Shown here one piece after another: positions 15,125-27,600 of a stretch of DNA of 64,000 nt (positions within the stretch are counted from its first letter, which is position 1; every line of letters starts with the position of its first letter). The translations under genes and the position numbers were made by a program. Source of the DNA: Eledone cirrhosa (Eukaryota); contig OZ024742.1 of the NCBI GenBank assembly GCA_964016885.1, forward strand, positions 321,966,001-322,030,000. Direction: 5' to 3'. The notes below the pieces were generated by a model. The model saw nothing but the letters and a program-made list of their open reading frames with translations, did not search any database and was not told the origin of the DNA.

Positions 15125-17309
15125 CTATCCGATAGAGTATAATGTGGGGCTGTAATACAGGAAAGTTTTGTGTAATTTATGTTTACAAGGCGAAATTGCC
15201 TCAGATTTTTTGTTTAAGATGTGGTCTGTGGCGTACAGTATTTCCAGGGCCTCAGCGGCGCAGAGGTCACATGGTCTTTTATTTCCGTTATACGATCTAG
15301 CCCTAGCTAGGATCTGCCAGTGTAACTTATATTGGGTGTGGTTGTCTTTTAGACTCCAGATATAAGCTGAAAGTGACGTCATATTCCTTCTTAGAGGGTA
15401 ACGAAAAGAATGGGTATGCATGTAAAGACGCTGCTTGAATCTATTGGCGGTTAACCCTATGTAGGCCCTACGGGACGTGGCTGTTTCAACCTTACATTTG
15501 TAGACAATGTTACTAGAGAGGCATTTCCGGGATAGGGGGCAATCAACCCGATTCCTACAATTACAGTTAGTACTAACTACAGGGATGCACGTGTTCTTAG
15601 GTCTAGGTAGTTTAGCTAAATTTGAAGCTGAATTGTGTTATGTGCAAGGTTAGGAGTCATAGAGTAAGAAATGTTAATAGTATTTCGATAAAATAAAGTA
15701 CCAGTTATGCACTGGGTAATTTGCTGGCCTTGTGCCTAAAGTAGAAACAAGTATTTCTATTAAAAATTTTACTATCTTTATGTGTAGGGGAAAAATGCTT
15801 CGTAATAAGGGAGAGAAAGATCTTAGCTAATGGTGTGGCCACCTCCATATTATATGGTGGGCTATACCATATAATGCGTCGGGATCTATTTCTTATAGGT
15901 CTATTCTCGTACTCTGTATATGCTACCTTATCGACAAATCCACTCCGAGCAAAAGCTTCATTGTAATAAGTGGAATGGTCGTTGAAAACATGCTCGTTAG
16001 TAGATAGACGGGAAAGCCTGAACGAAACGTTTCTAACCAGGTTCTTGGTTATGCTGGCAGGATGGTTAGAATGCTTACTTATATAATTAAGCGTATCATT
16101 CGGCTTTCTATACGGGTAATACAAGCCATCCGATAAATTGAGGGTAACGTCAAGGTAATTAACGACCGAGAGGTTGGCCTCAACCTGTATAGAGAGGTTG
16201 AAGCCTTTAAAGAAGGCTGTGAGTTCTTTTCTAAACCTGTCGCAAGCACGAGGGCCGCACTCAGTCATGGTCAAAAGACCATCATCACGGTACAAACCAC
16301 CGCTCGCGTTGGGGAATTCGTCCTTGATAGAGAAAAGAAGGAAAAGGCCGATAATAACAGTAACCTCCGCAGAATCGCTGGCGCCAGTACTCACGTCGAA
16401 TGGGGTACTATTGGATTTTTTAATCCAAATAGAGTCGTCGAAATTAATCACAGACTTACGGGCATTGAGGATGACATCAACTTCGAAATCCTTAACCACT
16501 GTGAGTGTTTTAGCAAAATTGATAGCTCTAAGGAAAAGTGGTAAAGTGATGGAGGAGTAGTAATTATTGATGTCGAATTGGATAAAACGGCAATGTTCCT
16601 TGTTGCATATGCCGTTGAACCAATCAATCACCAGGAAAGAATTGTTCCACAGTGCAAGAGGGGCCAAACTTCAAATTTCAGGTATAATTCTATCAAGAAT
16701 CCTTTTAATAAGTCTACCTAAATCGGACTTCGTAGATGGGTAGTTCGGAAAATTGGATTTGTGATCCTTCAGGGTAAAGTGGGGAGAAATAGGGTTCAGA
16801 GGTTCGGTCCGGTCCAGAATGTTGAGATCAGAGGTGATTTTAAACCCAACATCGTTGATTTCATTGATGACGCACCGATTAGTTTTACGGTAATCCTTAG
16901 TTACAGCATTATGTACTAGTTGATGGTAATTACTTCGCTCCACTTGATATAGGTTGCCAGATTTGTCGGAATGGACGTGCACGGCATTAGAATCCTTAAT
17001 AGAACGAATTCTATTCTTCAGGTCCTGCCGAAAGGAATTGCTCCTATTCCGAAATTTGATACTTCGTATGAGTTCCAAGACATCATTTTCAACGGGTAGT
17101 AATGCTGGGTTACACGGAGGGTTATTATAGGTTTTAAACCCAAATTTATCCTGTTTGTTGTCAGCTTTTCGCGGATTATCGAAATAAAAGGCACGCCAAC
17201 GCAACCTTTTAATGAACGCGTCTGTTTTCTGTATCAGGAGTTTTAGGTATGTTTTCCTGCTTGGTACGGGTATGTTCTTTGTAGAAATATTCAGATGTTG
17301 TTTCTGCAT
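15125..17309 (-). pseudogene. Naiad RT + GIY-YIG ORF, disrupted by a frameshift/stop near 16670 and a SINE insertion at 15687-15749
   Basis: STKNIPVP..LIQKTDAFIKRLRWRAF..FGFK..SDKSGNLY; FIQFDINNYYSSI; GLYRDDGL; YLDVTLNL; IIWYSPPY; CNCRNRVDCPLSGKC; IVY..AYIGLT..FKQR; CDLC..E..LNKKSE..CKH. Confidence 0.88.
15687..15749 (+). mobile_element. 63-bp 5'-truncated SINE inserted into the Naiad ORF, 8-bp TSD AGTATTTC
   Basis: TSD at 15679-15686 and 15750-15757. The sister Naiad copy near 18470 shows the empty site. Confidence 0.9.
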
Positions 17310-17514
17310 GATGAATATAAGTCAATAGAGTGCTCAACCGAGGGAGCCAAATAGTAATAATAATAAATTTGAAGACTAAAATTCAAAGAGGGCTTGATAA
17401 GGATAAATATATATCAAATAGATAACAACCGTAGAGCAAATATTTATTAAATAACAGATTAAAGTTTAAGCAAAGAATCGCTGCTTTCACCCTTAACGGG
17501 ATCTTCTGAAACTA

Positions 17515-19400
17515 ACTTAGTAAAAGGATTCTTGATAGAATTATACCAGAAATTAGAAGTTTGGCCCCTCTTGCACTGTGGAACAATTCTTTCGCGGTGA
17601 TTGATTGGTTCAACGGCATATGCAACAAGGAACATTGCCGTTTTATCCAATTCGACATCAATAATTACTACGCCTCCATCACTTTACCACTTCTCCTTAG
17701 AGCTATCAATTTCGCTAAAACACTCACAGAGGTTAAGTATTTCGAAGTTGATGTCATCCTCAATGCCCGTAAGTCGGTGATCAATTTCGACGACTCTATT
17801 TGGATTAAAATATCCAATAGTACCCCATTCGACGTGAGTATGGGCGCCAGCGATTCTGCGGAGGTTACTGATCTTATCGGCCTTTTCCTTCTTTTCTCTA
17901 TCAAGGACGAATTCGCCAACGCGGGCGGTGGTTTGTACCTTGATGATGGTCTTTTGACCATGACTAAGTGCGGCCCTCGTGCTTGCGACAGGTTTAGAAA
18001 AGAACTCACAGCCGTCTTTAAAGGCTTCAACCTCTCTATGCAGGTTGAGGCCAACCTCTCGGTCGTTAATTACCTCGACGTTACCCTCAATTTATCGAAT
18101 GGCTTGTATTACCCGTATAGAAAGCCGAATGATACGCTTAATTACATAAGTAAGCATTCCAACCATCCTGCTAGTATAACCAAGAACCTGGTTAGAAACG
18201 TTTCGTTCAGGCTTTCCCGTCTATCTACTAACGAGCATATTTTCAACGACCATTCCACTTATTACAATGAAGCTCTTGCTCAGAGTGGATTTGTCGATAA
18301 GGTAGCATATACAGAGTACGAGAATAGACCTATAAGAAATAGATTCCGACGCATTATATGGTATAACCCACCATATAATATGGAGGTGGCCACACTATTA
18401 GCTAAGATCTTTCTATCCCTTATTACGAAGCATTTTCCCCCTACACAAAAGTATAGTAACATTTTTAATAGAAATACTATTAAAATTTCTTACTCTATGA
18501 CTCCTAACCTTGCACATAACATCACAGCTTAAAATTTAGCTAAACTACATAGCCGTAGGAACACGTGCAACCCTCTAGTTAGTACTAACTGTAATTGTAG
18601 GAATCGGGTTGATTGCCCCCTATCCGGGAAATGCCTCTCTAGTAACATTGTCTACAAATGTAAGGTTGAAACAGCCACGCCCCGTAGGGCCTACATAGGG
18701 TTAACCGCAAATAGATTCAAGCAGCGTCTTTACATGCATACCCATTCTTTTCGTTACCCTCTAAGTAGGAATATGACGTCACTTTCAGCTTATATCTAGA
18801 GTCTAAAAGACAACCACACCCAATATAAGTTACACTGGAAGATCCTAGCTAGGGCTAGATCGTATAACGGAAATAAAAGACCATGTGACCTCTGCGCCGC
18901 TGAGGCCCTGGAAATACTCTACGCCACAGACCACATCTTAAACAAAAAATCTGAGGCAATTTCGGCTTGTAAACATAAATTGCACAAAACGTTCCTGTAT
19001 TACAGCCCCACATTATACCCTAACGGATAGTACGATCTATACGTGGATATTTTACGTCTTGATGTGGTAGCTAAGTATATGTTTTATTTATACCATTACT
19101 TATTTGCATAGGTAAGTATATATTATTAGTATGTTTTGTGAAGGGAACGTTTCCACGAACCAAAGTATCGTCTTCCTGTCTTCCTCCGGTTGCAACGTTT
19201 TTTTAAATATCCACTTCTGCGTTTACAGATTGACTTTGTTAGTTTCAGAAGATCCCGTTAAGGGTGAAAGCAGCGATTCTTTGCTTAAACTTTAATCTGT
19301 TATTTAATAAATATTTGCTCTACGGTTCTTATATATTTGATATATATTTATCCTTATCGAGCCCTCTTTGGATTTTAGTCTTCAAATTTATTATTATCAC

Positions 19401-19403
<3 letters not shown>
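17515..19403 (+). mobile_element. Naiad-clade PLE, 5'-truncated copy (RT core, GIY-YIG, full 3' pLTR)
   Basis: ORF 17561-18532 continues in frame past two stops to TAG at 19030 with CNCRNRVDCPLSGKC..YIGLT..CDLC. The pLTR ends TTATTATTATCACTAT then (TA)n. Confidence 0.88.
19241..19291 (+). ncRNA. Type I hammerhead with variant core CAGAAGA
   Basis: AGTTT-CAGAAGA-TCCC-GTTAA-GGGT-GAA-AGCA-GCGATTCTT-TGCT-T-AAACT: all three stems pair. Minus-strand copies at about 11080-11130, 14863-14913 and 17463-17513. Confidence 0.7.
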
Positions 19404-19455
<52 letters not shown>

Positions 19456-19457
<2 letters not shown>

Positions 19458-19985
19458 AAAAGTTCTATTTAAATTGTTGGGATACAACAAGCAAATATTT
19501 TTATAACTGATATAAAGCACTCAACAAATATTTGGAGTAAAAATACGATATTAACAAATGGAAACTATATTTATAAAACCATATTTATTTCATTATACAT
19601 ATTTCAAGGACACCAAGTTAAATTATGGTGTGCTTTCATTAGATAAAATATAATATAGATCAGTTTTATAAATAAATATTGACATACCCTTAAAAAATGC
19701 AACCATTACTGTTGGAAGCTCCCGGATAGTTGAGTTGAAGCTTAATTATATTATTATTAGTATTGAATATTTTTATTTTTAAAATAAGCCGTTGGGTTAC
19801 GGAGAAAGAGAAAGGTAAGAAGGAGAGAGAGAAAAAAAGAGGGTATGTCAATATTTATTTATAAAACTGATCTATATTATATTTTACTGATGAAAGCACA
19901 CCATAATTTAACTTGGTGTCCTTGAAATATGTATAATGAAATAAATATGGTTTTATAAATATAGTTTCCATTTGTTAATGTCGTA
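19456..19985. mobile_element. Fold-back PLE pLTR remnant with a hammerhead on each arm
   Basis: 19545-19690 is inverted at 19840-19985. Plus arm reads CTGATGA(19887)-AAGCACACCA..TGGTGTCCTT-GAAA-TATG-TA; the minus arm core is mutated to CTAATGA. Same family as 47940-48670. Confidence 0.75.
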
Positions 19986-20056
19986 TATATATATATATAT
20001 ATATTTATTAAAATAACAGATTAAAATTGGATTTTAGTTTTCAAATTTATTATTAT

Positions 20057-20084
<28 letters not shown>

Positions 20085-20087
<3 letters not shown>

Positions 20088-20245
20088 ACGAAGGAAATGT
20101 GGTAAGGAACCAGGTGGACCATAACGCACCAAAGTACTCAATACTTGGGGTAGTAGAGTGGGTAATAGGAACCGGTAAGACCCCGACGGCTGAGCTCAAG
20201 CCGTTTCGACGGCTTGAGCTCAGCCGTCGGGATCTTACCGGTTCC

Positions 20246-20247
<2 letters not shown>
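20085..20247. mobile_element. Short fold-back PLE terminus, family F (other copies about 7545-7672, 21845-22025, 28720-28880, 49190-49365)
   Basis: Shared body GGTAAGGAACCAG.TGGACCATAACGCACCA..GTACTCAATACTT and hammerhead 3' half GAAACGGC-TTGAGCTC.-GCCGTC. Adjacent to (TA)n. Confidence 0.7.
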
Positions 20248-20276
<29 letters not shown>

Positions 20277-20377
20277 ATAATATATATATAGTAATAATAT
20301 ATATATAGTAATAATAATAAATTTGAAAACTAAAATCCAATTTTAATCTGTATATATATATATATTAATATATATTA

Positions 20378-20452
<75 letters not shown>

Positions 20453-20459
<7 letters not shown>

Positions 20460-21250
20460 ATACTTTGGGAGGGTCATGTTGCCAATAAGAAACAAACAAA
20501 AATATAGTGTACATAGGTGAGACAGCTCGTAGTATAGGGGAACGAATAAATGAACACTGGCGAGACCTTCAAGATAATAAAGAATCATCTGTGCTCTACC
20601 AACATACTAAGATAGAACACAGGGGGTAAATTAGAGAACATAGAAATAAAAATAGAATCCACACACAGAAAAGATGCAATGTTTAGGCAAATTACACAGG
20701 CAGTAATCATAAAAGAATTACAACCAAAATTAAATAGAAAATATGAGCGGAACAGCAACATCACAACTTACAATTAAGGACAAAATGAAAACACACACAC
20801 ACATAGAACAAACAACCAACCAACAATAAATAAATAAATAAATAAACAAATAGATAAATGAACATAAACACACACAGACACCCGGATGTGGCGCATGCGC
20901 AAACTGAGCACACAACACACACACAGAAACAAAATGGCGTAGGACAGAAGAAAGGAAAGGCACAGAAACAAAGAAAGGAATCCCCAGTCACTGAAGAGGT
21001 CACAGAGTGTGTGACGAAAGGACTATGACTATATATAAACAACTATCTGGTTGTGGAACCAACCAACCAACCAGAAATTTATAAGTTTGTAGATTTGTAA
21101 ATTTATAAATTTATAAATATATAATAAATTGAAGTGAAAGCAACTGGTGCGTGTGTTTCTTATTGGCAACATGACCCTCCCAAAGTATAACAATATCGGT
21201 TTCAACACACGATTTCAGATAAAGAATCTTGCTAAACAAATTCAGAAACG
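20453..21250 (+). mobile_element. 5'-truncated PLE: GIY-YIG C-terminal half and pLTR, with an inverted pLTR tip at the 5' end
   Basis: VYIGETARSIGERINEHW..SVLYQHTKIEH..DAMFRQITQAVII..PKLNRKYE at about 20505-20750. 20453-20494 is the reverse complement of 21153-21195. Confidence 0.8.
20986..21030 (+). ncRNA. Minimal type I hammerhead ribozyme
   Basis: AGTCA-CTGAAGA-G-GTCAC-AGAGTGT-GTGAC-GAAA-GGAC-TA-TGACT, with perfect stems I and II. Confidence 0.8.
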
Positions 21251-21294
<44 letters not shown>

Positions 21295-21556
21295 GGAAAA
21301 AATGAAACGAAATTTCATTTCCCACTCTTAGTACGGCTGTTACTTAAATATAAGTATGTACACGTACATACATATATGTATACAGACGTACAGTAGTATG
21401 TATATTTATATACATACATGCACACATATATATATGTACATATGGATTCACCGAACATTTATTATAATGCTCGGTGTGTTTGTAAACAAACATCCCGTAT
21501 TAAGCCGTAGTGTCTAGCAATCATCGTTGCTCGTTTGTTCAACACTGACAAAGGAA

Positions 21557-21597
21557 CGCTGTACTAGTTTCAAGCTTATTAGCTATCGTCAGCAACG
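21557..21597 (-). ncRNA. Minimal type I hammerhead ribozyme in pLTR remnant 21290-21790
   Basis: Minus strand: CGTTG-CTGACGA-T-AGCT-AATA-AGCT-T-GAAA-CTAG-TA-CAGCG, with a palindromic CTAG at stem III. Flanks are homologous to 59925-60570. Confidence 0.8.
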
Positions 21598-21796
21598 TAT
21601 ACCTTCCTGCCAGATTGTTGAACGTATATACTTACCTTATGCATATTAACGGCTGAGTAGCCCAATTTGCATATCGAGTGGGTTAATCGGCCGGGTACAC
21701 CGAAAACGATAAACGATAAATATACATACTACTGTACGTCTGTATACATATATGTATGTACGTGTACATACTTATATATATATATATACATATATT

Positions 21797-21847
<51 letters not shown>

Positions 21848-22022
21848 CGAAGGAAGTGTGGTAAGGAACCAGATGGACCATAACGCACCAGGGTACTCAA
21901 TACTTAGGGTAGTAGAGTGGGTAATAGGAAAAAGTTCAAGACTCCGACGGCAGAGCTCAAGCCGTTTCAACGGCTATTTCTGGACGAAATGGGTTGAGTT
22001 CTGCCGTCGGGGTCTTGAACAT

Positions 22023-22061
<39 letters not shown>

Positions 22062-22242
22062 AAGAATGAAGAGTAACATGGTTGACTGTACAATAAGGGG
22101 CTTTGTTTAAAGCACTGACAATTGTTTCGTTGATCAGGTGAGTCTAGAGTTCGCCAATCGCTTGAAGTTGCGTCACTCGATCTCCAATACATTATTTACC
22201 TCTGGTCAACACATCAGAGTACGTAGATATGAAAATAATTCA

Positions 22243-22353
<111 letters not shown>

Positions 22354-22596
22354 GCGATGAGATAGATATATAGAGGGATGTGTTTGTGTCGATGGAAGTG
22401 TATGGTTGTGCGTATTCTTTCATTCGTTTGTTATTAATCAAGACCTAGCTGGGGCAAGACCTTGGATTGTTGACAGGATAGAGTCGATCATATCGGCTCC
22501 ATTCAATTTTTTTTCGTCTCGTACTTATTTTATCGATCTCTCTTTGTTGAATACTACGGGACACAAACACATGCATATTTATATGTATGTATATGT

Positions 22597-22800
22597 CTGG
22601 AAGTAACGGCTCTACATGGAGTGACTCTCTGATTCCCGAGCTCCGCATTCTGTCGAGTAAAGTTACTCCAATGACTCTTCGGAGAAACCCCATTTCAGTC
22701 GCTTGTATTCGTGATCGTGTTGTTTCAGTCATTACCCAAGATTCATGACCTTAGGTAAGGGTTGGCACGAATACCGAATTGAAGATATCGAGTTTGGCTT
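22597..22800 (-). mobile_element. RTE-clade LINE fragment (post-RT region)
   Basis: HESWVMTETTRSRIQATEMGFLRRVIGVTLLDRMRSSGIRESLHVEPLL. Confidence 0.75.
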
Positions 22801-23364
22801 TTATCCCTACCTCCCTTCTTCTGATTACTGGCTTTTACACCTACCTCATATTTTACACCATATTCTTATATATTTATTTCTATTTTTCTCTTCTTGGCTA
22901 AGTTACTGCACACCGTGTATTTATCACTTTCTTTACAGTTGAAGCACATTAATTTGATGGGGTCGATAAAATAAAGTACCAGTAATGCACTGGGTAATTG
23001 CTGGCCTTGTGCCTAAAGTAGAAACAATTAATTTGATACATTTAGGTGGGGGGCTTTATTTGTGTAATTTGTCAAAAAGCACGGCTTGACCTCTCTCTGT
23101 CTCCGTTTTCCTCTGTTACGGTCCCGTGTGAACCGAAACTATAAGGATTTCCAGAAATTGACTGAAGAGAAGTGACTGTCCTTTTTTCCCGTTGTCTTTC
23201 TTTTATGCACCCCCCCCCCTCTCTCTCTCTCCCTCTCTCTCTCTCTCTTTAGATGTGTGTGTGTGTGTGTGTGTAGTTTTCGTGTGATTCAACTAACCAA
23301 CCAGCCAGCTAATAAATATCTTTCTTTTATATTATATAGAGATATACCACTCTCCACCTCTTTC

Positions 23365-23466
<102 letters not shown>

Positions 23467-23902
23467 TGAATTCATTTGCCAAAATCCGGGGTTTTTCCCC
23501 TTGTGAATTACACATGTGCTTTTACAAAGTTCTACGTCATTCACAAAGTTGGTGCAGAGCAAAATATCTGTTGATAACGTGATATTCCTTGTTCGATCAT
23601 TATGCTAAAAGCAGATCGTATTATTGATTTAGGTGTCATAGAAACCCGGCATTTGGATTTTACCATCAATTCCATAGGGTCCAGGTCTGTTTTTATCATT
23701 TATTTTGTTTGACCTGTTTAGCTTGATTTGTTTTTTGGCTTAGGTGGTTAATGCCTTCTTGACCACTTTTTCAGTTTGTATGGCGTTTTAACATATTGTT
23801 TAGCTCTAGTTTTTTAACTATTGAGCGCTTGCCAACATAACTACGATTTTGCATTTCGTTTCGCTTTTTCTACCCGCCGCAATACGATTCACGCTGAATT
23901 TA

Positions 23903-23975
<73 letters not shown>

Positions 23976-23980
23976 CATTA

Positions 23981-24620
23981 CAATTCGCATGTGTCTGTGT
24001 ATTTCTTTATATTGTTTATAACTCCCTACGGTAGAGTAACCACTGAAGTGTAGTGACTGCTGGATAGCTTACATTACTCAAACTGCTCGCCCTCCTAGCC
24101 ATCTCTTCTACGGCCTTGGCATAAACCCCCCCCCCCACCTTTTGTGGTATTTTTCTCTTGGTTATAAGAGGCTTAGCTCTGTTTCTTGACCGCTGTATCA
24201 CGTGATGGACTCCCCCTCCGCATTTCGGGATTCTATCTCGCGTCCTACGGACGTGTTTTGAAACTCTAAATGAGGCATCCTCTTGATAAGTCGGCTAACC
24301 TCACAAAAATAATGCATCTCTGCGATGTAGTGTTTTTGCATAATAGGCCACGACACTACGTAGTCGGGGATAATGAAGAAATTTAGGTATGGTATATCTT
24401 ATTAATTATATCTAATGTTTCTTCTTTCTTTATAATGTATTATATAGCTCCGATACTGAATCAATCTAATCCATTCGGATTATTTTGTCCTGATTATTCA
24501 TAGAGCAACAACGGTTAAGGTTGGCACCACACAAATTCAGGGATATATGTGGGTATATTCATGAATATGTATGTATTCGCATGTGTCTGTGTATTTCTTT
24601 ATATTGTGTATATATATATA
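23981..24620 (+). mobile_element. Degenerate PLE 3' end (GIY-YIG relic) bounded by a 33-bp direct repeat
   Basis: KCSDCWIAYITQTARP resembles CxxC..YIGQT.R and is followed by FGILSR. ATTCGCATGTGTCTGTGTATTTCTTTATATTGT occurs near 23983 and 24574. Confidence 0.5.
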
Positions 24621-24648
24621 GATATAGATATATATATAACCCTCTCTC

Positions 24649-24693
<45 letters not shown>

Positions 24694-24694
<1 letters not shown>

Positions 24695-27600
24695 TGTCCT
24701 GGGTATGACATTAAACTACATCCAGCGGAGTTCAGGAGCTGTGGAGAATGTGGAGTTACCCCTTAGTTGTCATAACTCCCAGGTCTGCTCTGGCCCGGAG
24801 TAGTAGTACCTGTTAGGGCTCCATTTATGGGTTAAATAACTACCTTATTCGAGTGGCGCCGGTAAGGTATTGTCAGCCATTGAAAAGAAATATGGAGAGT
24901 CGATCTAACAGCACTAGGGTTAGAGCCCCTAATTACACTGTCATGGAGCAGTCTGGTCGTTATGACTCTGCTGGCTTAGAGCCACAGAGAGAGCCAGTGG
25001 ATGATGGATCACCTGTCTCTGAGACAAATATAAAGAATGCAGTTTTGTCCTGCAGAAGAGCCATCAAAATGGGCACTTTGAATGTGAAGACTATTCGGAC
25101 GCTGGAGAAGAGAGAGGAGTTGGGACATCTGTTCGAGGAGAGTGGTATACAGATACTTGCGATCCAAGAACACAGGATCCTACACGATGAGCCCGTGAGG
25201 AGTGTGATGATTGGGAGGAGGAGCCAGCTCATCACTACATCGGCAGTGAGGAACATGACCAATGCTGCAGTGGGAGGAGTGGGTTTTGTTTTCAGCACAA
25301 AAACCGGTCTATTGGTGAGGGAAATAATGCCTGTCTCCCCGCGAGTGTTGAGGGTAACCTTCAATGGAAACCCAAGACTGACAGTCATCTCAGCCTATAG
25401 TCTAACCGAGGGAGACAGAGATGTGAGTGCGGAAGAGTTCCATGCGGAGGTGTGTAGAGCTGTCAACACCACTCAGGCACACAATATCTTGCTTGTTTTG
25501 GGGGACTTCAATGCACATCTGAGTAAGGAGGGCAGTGAAGATCCTTGCTGGTACTTCCATAACAACACCAACCGAAATGGAAGACTACTGAGAGACACCC
25601 TGCTGGATGCGAACTTGATAGCGACCAACCTAAGGTTTAAGAAGAATCCGGGGAAGATGTGGACTTACATCTCAGATATGCACCTGTCCAAGTCCCAGAT
25701 TGATTTCATTCTGGTGAGGAAAAAGTGGCGGAATAGTGTTCTGAACACAGAACCATACAACTATTTCAGTACACTGGGTAGTGACCACCGGCTTGTTATG
25801 AGTGAGGTCCGGGTGAGCTTAAGAAAGAGCAAGGCTCAGCCCCGGAGAGCAATCTATGACTGGGGAGCTTTCAAGGAAGATGATAAACTACAGGAGAGGT
25901 TCACAGTGGAAGTAAGGAACAGGTTCAGTGCTCTGTGTGGAGAGACAGAGGAGAGAGAGATTGGATGGACTGAAGAGAGTGTGACGAGGAGGTACGGGCT
26001 CTTCACCAATGCGGTGGCGGAGGCAAGTGAAACCCTGGTGCCGTGGGAAAGAACAAAAGGAAGCACGTCAGCTCTGCAAACCCAAAAGTGTGTGCAGCCA
26101 GAGAACACCTGAAAGCTGCCAAGGACCAATTCTATGCTGATCCTACGGAGGAGAGGATGGAGACTGTGGGGGTGATGAGGGAAGAGCTCTGTACCGCTTA
26201 CACTGAGGCCAGAGAGGAGGCACTGATAGAGAAGATCAGAAGTGTGGAGAGAGCGGTTGGCAGATCTGGATGTTAGGAGAGCTGGATGATCATCAACGAG
26301 ATCACAGGGAGAAAGAGAAGGTGTTCGAGTTAGATCCAGGGAACGGGGCCCGAGGATAGGAAAAGGAAATGGCTAGACCATTTTAGGACCCTACTAGGAG
26401 AGCCACCCTCCACAGCCCAGAGCACTGGGGAAATCAGGCGGCTGTTTGAGGAACTGGATATTGAGACAGAGCCCTTCACCAGAGAGGAAGCTTCAGAGAG
26501 CCAAGAAGAGGATCAAGGAGGGCAAGGCTCATGGAGAAGATGGAGTGGCATCAGAGGTGATGAAGAGGTGTGATTTTGGTGGTATCATCCTGGAGTTTTG
26601 TAACCAGGCACTGGAGAAAGGAGTTGCCCCGAATCAGTGGAGGATCAGTAACATCGTCCCAGTGCCAAAGAAGGGAGATCTCTCTAACACCAACAACTAC
26701 AGGGTGATCTCACTGACGTCACTTGTGGCAAGGACCCTCAACAGGATGATTCGTAGCAGGATCCAGCCTGAGATGGAGAAGAAGCTCAGGGACAACCAGA
26801 ACGGCTTTAGAGAGGGAAGATCAACCACCAGTCACATCCTGATGCTGAGGAGGATATTAGAGGGAGCTAGAGCAAAGTGCCTTCCTGCGGTCATGGTTTT
26901 CATTGACTTTAGGAAGGCCTTTGATTCTGTGGACCGTCACTGTCTGATGAAGATCTTACAGGCTTATGGAATCCCCAAGAGGATAGTGGATCTGATATCA
27001 CTGCTCTACACCAACACCAAAGCCCAAGTTAGAGCAGGAGAGTTAAGGCGAAAAAGGTATAAGATGCTGAGTTTGCCGACGACATATTTTTGGTGACAAA
27101 TACAGTGAAGGAGGCAGAGGATTTGATGCAGGAAGTTGAGACTGTGTCGATGAGTGTGGGGCTGAGAATGAATGAGACTAAAACAAAATATCTGGTAGAG
27201 AATGTTGAGAAGCCAGAGGGGATCACTAATGTAGGCGGGAAGCCGCTAGAATTGGTTGAGGACTTCCTGTATTTGGGAGCAAAGATTGGGAATACGGAAG
27301 ATGATGTGGTTGAGAGGAAGAGCAGCTTGAGATCGGTGTGGAAGTCGGACCTTCGTAAAATCCTGAAAATCCGCCTCTTCATTGCTGTAGTGGAGTCTGT
27401 GCTGCTGTACGGGTCTGAGACTTGATTACTGACCAAGAAACTCACTCGGATGGTGGGTGGGTGCTACACGAGAATGCTGAGGATGGCTCTGAACATTAAT
27501 CAGTATACACTGAGGATGAAAAACTCAGAGCTGTATGGGAGCCTCCCAAAAGTCAGCTCAAAAGTGACACAGAGGAGACTGAGGTTAGCTGGACATGCTC

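Larger units (their letters stand above)
14847..17516 (-). mobile_element. Naiad-clade Penelope-like element, near full length, with pLTR sequence at both ends
   Basis: pLTR with hammerhead at both ends, GAGCACTCTA just before the ATG at 17309, an RT and a C-terminal GIY-YIG endonuclease. The 3' end runs into (TA)n. Confidence 0.88.

Noticed and set aside
16174-16560. Antisense ORFs over the Naiad RT (also 17668-18054, and the overlapping ORFs in the Neptune-like and RTE elements)
   Set aside because: Shadow frames of the RT coding strand. They recur only because the element is duplicated.
18533-19030. Selenoprotein-type Naiad (in-frame UGA plus SECIS)
   Set aside because: All Cys of the CxCx5Cx5C and CxxC motifs are TGT/TGC. 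The in-frame stops here are TAA and TAG, and they read TCA and TGG in the sister copy, so they are decay.
14847-19403. Assembly-artefact palindrome
   Set aside because: The arms differ by many substitutions and by a SINE insertion with a TSD.
23105-23150. Hammerhead at TCCT-CTGTTAC..ACC-GAAACTATA-AGGA (similar partial cores near 40979, 49980 and 51365)
   Set aside because: The cores are too degenerate or lack a matching half. At best they are relics.
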